DNA from: Adineta vaga
Lineage: Eukaryota > Animalia > Rotifera
Length of the DNA stretch: 64,000 nucleotides
Reading direction: 5' to 3'
Assembly (NCBI GenBank): GCA_021613535.1
Contig: CP075492.1
Coordinates: 12,400,001 to 12,464,000, forward strand
The position numbers and the translations under genes were made by a program. The notes under the pieces were generated by a model that made no database searches, was not told the origin of the DNA, and worked only from the letters and a program-made list of their open reading frames with translations. Positions 14,455-27,000 of this stretch are shown one piece after another; position 1 is the stretch's first letter, and each line of letters starts with the position of its first letter.

Positions 14455-14685
14455 CTAGTTGATATAATGTTGATGTATAGCAGCAGGAATGCCAGTATAT
14501 GGTTGAAAATATCTGTGTCCTAATGGAACGAAATCAACTTCTCGTTCTACGTTAACACGTCCTGTGAATGGATTACGATAAACTTCAACATCTTGTGTAT
14601 ATATGCCATAACCGTAATTTCCATAACCAATAGTTTGGTAATCTTGATTCCAGCTATTAATAGGAACAATTGGTGCACCGATCAT
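14455..14685 (-). CDS. Small Tyr/Gly-rich orphan protein (76 aa)
   Basis: Single-exon ATG-TAG ORF with coding-like composition (GYGNYGYGIY; VEVYRNPFTGRVNVEREVDFVP). TATAAA on the minus strand at about 14772-14777. No family recognised. Confidence 0.7.
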   Translation of the reverse strand: MIGAPIVPINSWNQDYQTIGYGNYGYGIYTQDVEVYRNPFTGRVNVEREVDFVPLGHRYFQPYTGIPAAIHQHYIN

Positions 14686-14851
14686 TTTGTTTGATTTGTA
14701 GTAGAATGTAGTAGAATAATAAAATGCTTTATTGTATGAATGTATAAAAATATGAGAAAAACTTGTCGATATTTATACTATAACGATACGTCGGTAAATA
14801 TTACTGCTTACCTTCTATCGATACTACAAAACAAAAATACATAAATATTAC

Positions 14852-14972
14852 GTTAATATACGTCATCAGTGACGTTTCATATATCGTACGTTCTATTCAT
14901 AAATCAGAGCATATATGTTAATATACGTCATCAATGACGTATTAAACTTCGTACCCTCTATTAGTACATAGA
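14852..14972. promoter_or_regulatory. Two 65-bp-period copies of a unit carrying inverted CRE half-sites (ACGTCA-N4-TGACGT)
   Basis: gttaatatacgtcatcagtgacgt at 14852 and gttaatatacgtcatcaatgacgt at 14917, each followed by a similar tcgtac..tctatt..agag tail. About 170-290 bp upstream of the 76-aa gene. Confidence 0.5.
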
Positions 14973-15784
14973 GTCGATATTTTAAACAATGAATATACGC
15001 TTGATCGAGAACATTCGAAAAGAGAAGACAAATATTTAGTTATTGAAGGAGAGAAGTTCTTTCTGCTAATTTTAACTGTAATCGATTACATTAACATGCA
15101 TTTTTATCATTAATAATTCAAGAACGAAATAAAATTCCTTATTACCTAAATTGTTTTTTGCTGATTGTGTCGAGATTGTACATCGATTCTGAACGGAAAA
15201 AATCGAGAAACTTTACACTAACTATTCGATATTTCTTTCGCTTGTTCCGAGTGTAGGATTTGTAGAGAGAAACAGAAGAAAATCAACCATATAAATACAA
15301 TGATATTAGAGAAAGGCATTGATGTTTGATAATGCATATACATACATATGTATACATGTTTTTTTCTTTGTTTCCAATGGTTTTCAATGATCAACATCCT
15401 GATATTTCCATTTTGTTTCAACTACCCCCAGCATGTGCACGAGGCACCCTTTGTCTTTATTTAGGAGCTTATAATATTGGTTCAATCTCTAGTTACCCAC
15501 ACCCACATCCTTTCACTCTCGCTTTACAGTTTTATTTCTTTTTTTGATCTGAACTATCGTACGAATCGAATGATGCAAATATGAGATGAGAAAAAAAATT
15601 ATAATCGAAGAAGAATTAGAAAGCCACATTGACAGAGTTATTTTTATCATGATTATGATGTTTGAATTCATATCTAATCTATCGTTGTACAAGACAGACT
15701 TAAATGAAAAGATTTAGAAAATTCCTATAACTACACGAAAAAACGATACGATGCTTTTTTTTGTCTTTTCAATCATACGGAAAC

Positions 15785-16565
15785 TTAAGAATATCGCTTC
15801 CTTTGTTTCAGTTTAATAAATGTTCCACAGTGAGGACATTCCAATTGACTTGGATCATATGTCGAAGGGGGAGATGTCGATTTCCACATTTGTGGTGAAT
15901 GCCGTCTTGTTTCTCGTACAATCTGAGTTGGTTGTTGTTGATGATGTTCAATCAGTACTCGATTGGCACTACGTCGAACTGCCATACTGGTCGATATGAA
16001 GAAAAGTATATATAAAATTGCCGTTATTAACAGCAATACTGCACATGCTAATTGTGCTTTTAAAACGAGAACTTTTCTTCCAAGTGGTTGACTAATTAAT
16101 TGAGGATATGATGATCTTATTTCATCACAGTTAACTTTGAAAAAAAAGCAACGCGTAATATTACCAATAAATAAGGCATCCAAGACGATCAAAGTAATTG
16201 CTGCAGCAGCACAAAGTATCGAAATGAATAGCATGTACAGTGACCATTTACGAGCACGATGACAACAAACTAAATGATGACGATTAAAAAAAATACAACT
16301 TTAATCATTCAGTTTTCTTTTCTTTATCTATACCTAATCCAAGCATGGACATCCATGAAAGAGTAAAAATAACTGAACACCAAAATCCAGCATAAAGTGT
16401 ACCGAAAATTGGTGATATGACAACTGAAGCAATTTCAAGAGCGATAATAGCAAATGTTAATAAGACTTGTAAAAGTCCTAATATAACTGGTATTCCCATA
16501 GAAAATTTCGAACGCCATTGAACTTCTCGATCGAAATCTGATGTATATAAGTATGTTGGTTGCAT
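15785..16565 (-). CDS. Four-TM MS4A/CD20-like membrane protein (238 aa); exons 16565-16334 and 16269-15785
   Basis: A 64-nt GT-AG intron joins two ORFs in frame (..GLVCCHRARKWSLYMLF..). Four hydrophobic helices, an AGFWCSVIF motif in TM2 like MS4A, a Cys pair in loop 2 and a C-terminal CPHCG knuckle. Confidence 0.75.
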
Positions 16566-16784
16566 GTTTGATGATGATCTGATGACGAGAAATTAAAAAG
16601 AAGTGAAATATATACACGGAATTTTACTATGATGAACATACTCATCTCATATTTCGACATTTTTTCATAAGAAAGATATTCGAGATGATCTTACATCTTT
16701 TATACTTAACAACCAAATAAATCAAGGTAAAAAAAAAAGAAATCATTACTAATGAACATAATACTATAGAACCATACGTGTAAG

Positions 16785-17441
16785 CAGAGATGGGCGAGTC
16801 AGACGTTTTCACAAGTCAAGTCAAGTCGTGCAAGTCAAACTCAGTTAAAACGTATTATAAAAAATTCTTTCAGATCTTCTAGTTTTGTTTAAAGGTCGTC
16901 AAAGAATTAATCACGAGCAGTTTTAAATATTGTTGAATTTGATGCTCAGGTTTGAGTAACAGTTGCTGAATTGAACGTTGGTACTACTTCTATCTCGATT
17001 TCATCGTTTGATGAAGGTGTATCAACAGTACTGTTTTGTTGATTCATTAAGTTTCGATTGGTGTTACCGAGAAATTTTAATAATAAAGGTTAACCAACAC
17101 AAATATATTACAAAGATCTTCGATAAACAAATCATTGGGATACTAGTTTATCAATAGAAATTGGAAAAAAGTATTGAATAAAACTTTAAAATAAAAACTT
17201 CGTATTATTTCAAATTTATTTTTAACAAAAATTTTCATTTTTAATTCTATTTTTCTTTTACATTCTGATTCTGTAATAAGACTATAGTGAAATACAAGAA
17301 AAAGTACATTGAAACCTCTTCATATATGTTTTTGACTTGACTTGAGTTCATGGCTTAATTTCAAGTCAAGTCAAGTCAAATCACAGCAGTTTCAAGTCAA
17401 GTCCAGTCAAGTCAAAAACTGACTTGATTTGCCCATCTCTG
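16785..17441. mobile_element. Non-autonomous hAT DNA transposon (MITE-like), 657 bp
   Basis: Perfect 11-bp TIR CAGAGATGGGC...GCCCATCTCTG. Identical 8-bp TSD CGTGTAAG at 16777-16784 and 17442-17449. Subterminal (AAGTC)n/(GACTT)n pentamer arrays at both ends. No transposase ORF. Confidence 0.93.
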
Positions 17442-18536
17442 CGTGTAAGTTCCAATTTTGACTCATCGGAAGCTGTGATTTCCAATCGCTATAGTGTGAT
17501 CCATGAGAAACAATAAACGTGATAACTCTGAACATCCATTCAAACGAATTATTCTCGATGACACATTATTTAACAAAATTCTGTCTTTTTAACGATATTA
17601 CGATAGATTTTGTTTAATTATCACAAGAGAGGAGATGCAAAAGTTCAGATAAGAACATTTCTAATTGTTATCTTTATTTTTAACTTCTACGAAAAAGAAC
17701 TAATGAAGGACCAATCGAAATACGAAGCTACTGTAAATAGATATCGTGTAGAGAGGAAAAAAGAAGTTGGACCCTGTCGAGATATCATTCATTAGTGTCT
17801 AAAACTTTGTAGTCACCATACGAACGACAGTTATCTGTTAAATTCTTTTGTATTTTTCTGCAAAATTGTCGAAATAATCTAATAAGAAAGTAAGAATACA
17901 TGAGAACATTTTTTGTTTTTCTAGAACTATATTTCAGTACTTGCTATTTCATTCTCTTCATAAAGTAATTCATATATGATTATTACTCTTATTATTAAAT
18001 AGTTTTTTTTTAATGTGATCTATTCATTATTAGAAGGAAATTAATTTTTACATAATATACTTCAGGTAAAAAAAAACCATCAGCACACTGTTTGATAAAC
18101 ATGAAAAGAAAATAAACGCGAATACAGCTCCGTTTGACGTCATTGGTTTAATCTCTTCTTCAAAATTTAATTAAATCTGCTAATTCTTCTGTTGATGGAA
18201 AAAAGCAAATGTTGATAGTATGTCATAGTTTCCCATTTGTTTATAATACTATCTTACCTTTAGATAATGTTAAGTTTGCCTTTCCCTATGTTATTTGTCA
18301 TAATTAATTAACTCTTGTTATTCGTCAACGCCAATGTTTTATTATTTTAAATACCTAACGTCATTTCCTCTCGAATTTGCATAATTCTGTTATTTAATTT
18401 CAGATCCTTTTATTGTTTGATAATATGGCATGAGTTGTCGCATTAATTTTTTTCTCATGCTACACTCTTTGAATAATATTTGTCATTTCTTAAAAGATTA
18501 ACGTTTTCTACCAGTACTCACTATTGCGTAGATTCA

Positions 18537-19559
18537 ATGTCTATGTCAAATTCATCTTACGTTGTTCATCTTATTGTTGCTGCACAAAATTTTACTATCA
18601 TTAGTACCTGGACTAATTTTTTCCTTGGCTTTATTGGAAATCTTCTTAACATTGTTGTTTTCATTAAACTAAAGATTTTTCATCAAAATCGATGCGCATT
18701 CTATTTGATTGTTGAATCTTTTGTTGATATTGGTCAATTAAGTCAATATTTTGCTAATCAAGTTTGGATATTAACAAGTAATAGAGTTGAACCTGTAACT
18801 ATCTCTCTCTTATGGTGTAAACTAAGAATTATAATACCACAATGGTGTCGTCTTATGCTCGCTGCAATCGTCTGTTTTGCAGCCATTGATCAATTTCTAT
18901 CTACTCATCATCGTCTTCGTTTTCGACAATCAAGTTCATTGAAAATAGCAAAATATCAAATCTATTTTGCTAGTTTCATATGTCTTTTACATACGATTCC
19001 TTTCGGAGTTTTACAATATATACATTCTACTCTTGGTTGTATTATTTCTGATTATAACTTGACCTCTTATTATTCTTACGTTTTCTATCCATTTATCAAT
19101 GGCTTATTTCCAATTTTAATCTCATCTGTTTTCAGTCTTTTAGCTTTTAGAAATGTTCGTCGTATTATTCAACGTCAAATACCTGTTGAACGTCGAAAAC
19201 TTGATCAACAATTGACAGCAATGATATTTTCTCGTGTAATCGCTTTTGTTTTATTACAACTACCATTTACAGTATATCGCATCTATTATATTCGATCGAT
19301 TACGCCTCCAGGAAATACACTCGCGTATGCGATTGATCGATGGGTAAACGCGATCTCTCTCACATTTATGTATGGCAGTCATGGAGGAAATTTTTACATT
19401 TTTTATGCAACATCGACGCGATATCGTCGACAAGTAAAATATTTTCTAATGAAAAAATGTCGTCGTATATTGAAAGAATGGTGTGTTTGTAATCGAAATA
19501 GTGTACATCCGTTCGAAAGAGTAGTGTGTGAAACTAGTGGACAACTAGAACTAGAATAG
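18537..19559 (+). CDS. Intronless class A (rhodopsin-like) GPCR, orphan
   Basis: Seven hydrophobic segments; TM1 GNLLN; TM3 Cys (LWCKLR) and DRY variant AAIDQF; TM6 LQLPF; TM7 NFYIF followed by basic helix 8. First ATG at 18537. Confidence 0.9.
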   Translation: MSMSNSSYVVHLIVAAQNFTIISTWTNFFLGFIGNLLNIVVFIKLKIFHQNRCAFYLIVESFVDIGQLSQYFANQVWILTSNRVEPVTISLLWCKLRIIIPQWCRLMLAAIVCFAAIDQFLSTHHRLRFRQSSSLKIAKYQIYFASFICLLHTIPFGVLQYIHSTLGCIISDYNLTSYYSYVFYPFINGLFPILISSVFSLLAFRNVRRIIQRQIPVERRKLDQQLTAMIFSRVIAFVLLQLPFTVYRIYYIRSITPPGNTLAYAIDRWVNAISLTFMYGSHGGNFYIFYATSTRYRRQVKYFLMKKCRRILKEWCVCNRNSVHPFERVVCETSGQLELE

Positions 19560-19910
19560 ATATTCATTAATATTTATTAGAGTCATAGTTTTCGTTGACA
19601 AGATTCAGAGATATGTGGCGACCTCTGTCGTACAATTTTTTATAGATTTCATATTTGTAAAAAATTTCAAAATAAACTGTGTAAAATTTCTTTTAAAGAT
19701 TATACTTTCGTAATGAATGTAAATTTCTATTAGATTTGAATGTCCTGAATATAGATGGTTAAATATGGATGCCATTTCCATTTATTTATTATTTTGTCAT
19801 TCTCCTTCCTTGCTTCTCTTCCAAAGAACTTGCTTGAAGAACAAGAATTTGTTCATTGATTTCATTTCTATTCTCTAGATTTTCGTTCATCTCATCTTTT
19901 AGTCTTCAAT

Positions 19911-20212
19911 ATGCCTAAAGAAGTTAAAGACATCAAAGATTTCTTACTTATCGCTCGACGAAAAGATGCGAAATCTGTGATTATCAAACGTAATCCTGAA
20001 CGAGTCACACGTCAAGGAAATACTAAATTCAAAGTTCGATGCAGTCGATATTTGTATACATGTATGTTTACGAAGAATTCGTCTAGTATTATTGTTTCAT
20101 TATTTGATTTTTAGTGATTGTTGCTGATAAAGAAAAAGCAGAAAAACTTAAACAATCATTACCACCAGGTCTCAATGTTAAAGAAATCAAACCAAAAGGC
20201 AAGAGTACATGA
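19911..20212 (+). CDS. RPL38: 60S ribosomal protein L38 (eL38), 82 aa; exons 19911-20061 and 20115-20212
   Basis: [23 protein letters not shown]...[13 protein letters not shown], then [19 protein letters not shown] after a 53-nt intron. A pyrimidine tract at about 19798-19822 could be a 5'TOP. Confidence 0.98.
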
Positions 20213-20540
20213 TTGATGAACAACAACTAGAATCAAATAAAAAAAAGAAGAAAAGCTTTGTTTTTGTTCCATCATTGATGCATTTTTGTTCAAAAATACC
20301 GTCGAATAAAATTGCAGAAAGAATAAAAAAAAGATGATTATTTGATTTTCAATTTATTTATTTTTATTGGGATTTTATGTTTATCAAAAATCCTTCTTTT
20401 ATTAATTAATATATTTATTTCAAAGAACATACAAAGAGATAGTTCTTCGCTAGAAAAAAAAGAAGAAAATAAATATGTAACCTACGACTAATCAAAAAAA
20501 AGAAAAACGAATGTTTCTAATTGATGAACGAATAATTTGC

Positions 20541-21533
<993 letters not shown>

Positions 21534-22868
21534 TCGTATCTTGCTAATGTATGTATCTCTTCTTGGTCCTGACTGTAACTAGTACCAATTCTTTGTTTAT
21601 TTATATATATATAGTACCTCGATATCAGTGTATGATCAGTACAAAAAAGCCTAAAAAAAGCAAGTAAAGACATGATGTTGACCTTGAAGCGGAACGAGAT
21701 GTTAATCATAAGTCATGTTTCGTTCCGATTAGATTCTATTTAGCAGAACGAATAGTGCTATGAGATGAAAATAGCAAAATATTGATGTCATCAAAAGAGT
21801 ATTATAAACCGTACTATTTCAAGTCACAACCATGAAATGAAGTAGAAAATAAATGTTTTTCATAACAAATGAGTACCATCATCAACAAATAATATTTGTT
21901 TATTTTAAAGTCCTAGATAGATAGAATCATGTGATTGAAAATCGATTTAATAAAAAAGAAAGACTGAAATATTTCTTATTACCAGTGATCGATATTTTTA
22001 GAATTTTGATGTTGTATTTCATGTCTGCCCACAATCTTACGCTTATTAAATCAGGACGAAAAACAATGACTATGATGTGTAACGAAGAACACGTTGACGT
22101 CTAAGTAATAACAAATCAACAGGTTAGACAAACTCTGCTTGCTTGCTTGCTTTTTGTTCATTATTTATTATCAAACAGATAACATATATTAATATCAAGG
22201 ACATCTTCAATTTCGAGAATGATTCATATTGACATAGAATTTGTATGGTTTGTTTTAAACGAAGAAACCTATGCTCAACTAATGTTTATATCGATTATAC
22301 TAAAAAAATCGATTAGCTGAACATTCAAATACAAAAGAGTATACAATACTATAATTAATCTTCACATTATTGTTATAGTTCTGATGAATAATTTTTTTTG
22401 TACATTAATGAAACATACTTCCTTCTCTCTTTTTTTCTCTTGTCATGAGTGTCAAACTAGTTAGCACATTGATGACAAGTAAAGGTCATTCCTTTTTTTT
22501 TACTCTTCTTAATGTTCATGAGAATAATTAATAGAATTTTTCTTCTACTATCAATGATTGAAATCGATCTTTGATTGATGTCAGAGTTTATTCTTGCATA
22601 GAATCCAATCTATTGATAAAGATAACAATAAGGTAACAAAAGCGAAGGTTATCTCTTCCATTACGTATGAAATTAGCTACATTTTACTAATGATCTCTTT
22701 TTGTTTCGCTATTGCATGAGAACTAAGAACATTTATGAGAGTATTTCCCGTTTCTAACAAATGCGTTCGTTTAGACCATTTCTTTTCCGGATATTCTATC
22801 GTTTAGATCATCACAAAACGTAGACTAATATCTTAGTAACGTGAATTTTGAAGATCATCTTATAACTC

Positions 22869-24029
22869 ATGGGTAATATCGATAGTCGAAATGAACGTTT
22901 CTATAATCTTTGTGGTTTGGGTAAAGCACATTTAATTGAAAAAATGTTGGAAAATGATCGAACATTCAATACAATTAATATCAATTGGATTTCATTTGAA
23001 AGTCAATCAACACCATTATTGATTGTAAACAATCAAATGTCAAATAAATTTCCACAGAGAATATTTCTTTTTTCTTTTTTTCTCTTTTAATTTAGGCATC
23101 AGCAAATGGTCACGATCTTGTTGTCGATATTCTTCTACGAAATAATGCAAAAATAACGATAAAAGATGCTCGACAAGCAACACCTTTACATCATGCTGCT
23201 CAACGTGATTATACTACGATAGCAAGAAAACTACTACATGCTGGAAGTGATGTTAATGCTCGAGGTAAGAATATTGATAACAAAAAAATATTATTATAAA
23301 ATAAATTCATTGCTTTTAGATAAACTTGGTTGGACACCATTGATGAAAGCTTGTTATTTTTGTAGTCCGGATATTATTTTAACTTTAATCGAAGCCGGTG
23401 CTGAAATTAATGCTCAGACTGAACAAGGTCGAACAGCGTTACATGAATTATGGTAATTCAAACGATTGTTTTCATTAATATTTCTATGAAAAATCTTTTG
23501 ATTTTTAGTCGATCACCAACCTTAAATAATGAAACATTACTTGCAGAAATTGCTTGCATATTAATCGAAGCTGATGCTAATATTAATCAAATTGATAAAG
23601 ATCATTTCACACCATTGATCTATGGTAAATGAAATTTCCTTTTTTTCGATTGACTTAAAAATAGATTTTCTTTTCTTTCTAGCTGCATATCATAATCATC
23701 CAAGTATTGTATTAGTTCTTTTAGAATCACAAAGTTTTATTAATCATACAGATCAACAAGGTTGGACTGCACTTCATTGGGCAATTGATCGTGATCATGC
23801 AGACATTGTTCAGTTATTAATAGATAAAGGTGCTCGAACAGATATTCGTAGTCATCGTGGAGAATTAGCTATATCACGAACGAAATCTCTTCGTATTCAT
23901 GATATTATGAAACATATTAAACGTCAATCAACCATATCATTATCTCGAACAGATAAATATTCGAATAAAATGATTTCAAGTATATCAATGATTAATCTTG
24001 AGAATATCCAATCGTCAACAACAATCTAA
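22869..24029 (+). CDS. Ankyrin-repeat protein; exons 22869-23024, 23096-23264, 23320-23452, 23509-23624, 23683-24029
   Basis: TPLLIASANGH, TPLHHAA, GWTPLMKAC, GRTALHEL, TPLIYAAYHNH and GWTALHWA repeats join in frame across four GT-AG introns. N-terminal MGNIDS fits the myristoylation consensus MGxxxS. Confidence 0.92.
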
Positions 24030-27000
24030 AATTTCGATATTTTCCTATGTGTGTAGTGTTTTTGTCGTTCTATAGAATAGAAAATAAAAAAATATAATTT
24101 ATCGATAAATCTATGATATTTATCAAATAATTTCGACCTTCGATATTCTCAAGTGGAACATCTTTTATCTATTCGTCATTGATCATTTACCTTGAGACTT
24201 CTAAACAGATGGAAAGAATTTGTTAGTTTATAAAAAGCAAAATACGAGTCTCTTTTTCCTTCTCGCTCATTATGAATATATCGATGTTGAGACTTATGAT
24301 AATAATCAATCAATTAATCGAACAATGAAAAAGAATCGTTAGGATGATAGGAAAAATGTCATCTGAACGTAGGAGATCGTTACTTCACATATGTTGATAA
24401 ACAATTTTCATCGAAGAAAAACTAAAAGCCTTCTTGCTTAATTGGTTTTAACAAGAATATTGCGTGTGTATTAACAATGACGTTCTGTTTTTCTTTCTTA
24501 TCAACAATTGATCTCTTACGATTTATAAATAATTTATATCAGTGTAATCGGAGATTTTCTAAGTCCTACATCAAAGTATATCTTTTTCTCCTTGAAACTT
24601 TAAAATAACTTAAATACTAAATAATTCGTCATGCAAAAACAAACAAACTATCACACAACTAATAGCTTCATATCACAGAACTTGAATAGTGACCTTAAAA
24701 GATTATTTATTTCTCTTGACAATTGCGACATATTTCGTCCGATTATTCACTCAATTAAACACATGAAAATGATGTAATTATCAGTCTAACAAAAATAATT
24801 TGTTCGCTGATCTTCACGTCTTCGATCAAATCTATTGTTTTGACGCCAGTCAATTGGCATATCATGATCTCATTCGTTCTTTGAATTAGGATTAATTCAT
24901 CGATGACAAGATATCGTCTTAGTCATGTCAATCAAAGTTACTGACACTAAGATTCAATTGATAAAACATCTGTTAGATTGCTCTCTCTCTCTTCTTTTCT
25001 TTTATACTAACCAGTAATATACAAAGAAGAGAGATAGAGAGGGAGAGAAAGACTTCCGATGAGAAGTTCCACTAACATTTCACTTCCTTTTTTTTTCTCC
25101 TGACTCAAATATCCATTTTCTTCTCATTGCTACAACTAATTTGAAAACCACCATATTTTTTTTCTTTTTTCTTCTTCTTCTTCTTCTTCTTCATCATCCT
25201 TTTTAACAGAACTACGTGTTGACGACTAGTCTTTAGACAACCATTCTCAAAGGTTTTTTCTTTTCCTTTTCCCATGAATTTTTTGTTTCTTAACCATAGG
25301 TAGTAATATGTAAGAAAAGAGAAGATGAAGAAGAAATGAGAGAAGAAAACCGAAGACAGACAACCAACCGGTCACCGTTGTTGAGACAATGTTCATCATT
25401 AACACATCAGAAGAAGAAAACCGAGTTTTCATCGTATATCGGCATCTTCTTTCTATTTTTTTCTATAGACTAGATCTGATACATCTTTGTTTTTGTTCAC
25501 ACCCTGTATCTTTGCAAATAGGAGATGAGATGAGATATCAGCAAACATATATTCTTGAACAACGTATAATCTTCCATTCTTATATAATAAAACATAGCAT
25601 GGGTTGAGCTAGTTATCGTCAATCTTTGTATTTCGATATCATTGCATGAGGTAATTAGAGAATTGGATCAATATTACAGCTGTCGTTTTCTCTACGATCA
25701 AGAACATATTGATTTAGAACTTTGTTTTTAGTTTTTTTTTCTTCATTTAGTTGAAAATAGAAACAATCAGAAGAAAAAAAGGTACGGTTCGATTCCCTTG
25801 TTCACACATTTATTAATGAAGGAAAGACTTTTTCCCACAGGTACGACTTTTAGATATGATTTTTTTTCTGTTTATATCACGGTAAGAATAGAGATTTTTC
25901 CTTTTTTTTTATTGATTCGGCTGGAAACTCTTGTCCTTTACTGACATGGATAGAGAGAAGAAAAAGAAAGAGAGATCGAAAAACTTAGCGGAGCAGAAAT
26001 AATTTTATGTTAGCCAACCACAAGGTTCACTATGTAAGAAGAGAAAAAGAGGAAAATGATGGTGACAATGATAAAGAAAAAAAAAAAGTGTACAATAGAA
26101 AGAACATTTGTCAGTAATGGTTAAATGCAAGCGTGTCAAATATTTATTCTAATTATTCTTGATAAATGTGAGATGTACACATTGAAAATGAGAAAATTCT
26201 ATTTTTTTTCTCCTTGCTCTATCGTTTAGTTTACATTTCTTGATGTTAAAAGAAAACTTTTTATTAGAATTGATTTTTAACAAGAATAAATATTTATAAG
26301 ATCGTCTTTTGTTGACATCGAGAATAACAGATCAGACGTTCAATTAGAAAAAAAACAACGACTTATATTTAATTTACTTTCGATATCATTACAAATAGCA
26401 TTAATAGATTTTGTCATTTGATGTTATGTATAGAGGACAATGAGAGAGTGACAGTTTTCCTTAGTTGTATAAGAAGAAAGTGCACGATGATTATGACCTA
26501 CAGGAGAGAACTAGAAAAAAGATATGACCATGTAAATATATTTAATATAACTAATGAAGAATTAGTTTCATTTTATCTAAAGATGAGATTAGATTTTTTT
26601 TCTATAACAATGCCAAAAAAAAACACCTTTTCTTCTTCTCTACTTGTTTTACGTGAGTATAACTTATAGTAAAATCATATTCATGAATCATAGTACATGT
26701 TGTTACTATTGAAAAATATCTTGAAAGATTCTATTGACATGAAAGACAGCAAATAAGTTCTCAGTCTCTGATTACAATATTCATCGTTGGCGACTAGAAA
26801 GTTAGTTGTGTCAGATATTTATATAAGTATTACTGTTATCATTTGATGATGACGTTGATACAGCAAACCAGAAGTCGTGTCGAGTTTCATCTTTACACTT
26901 TCTCTCATCTATTGGTAAATCGTTTCCTTGAATATTGCCTGTTTGCCTGTCTATATGCTTGAAGGCCTTTCATATATAACTAAGTAGCAAAAAAAAAGAA

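Noticed and set aside
15420-15530. Locally GC-rich patch considered as an snRNA or SL RNA
   Set aside because: No Sm site with flanking stems and no match to any snRNA, tRNA or spliced-leader sequence I can recall.
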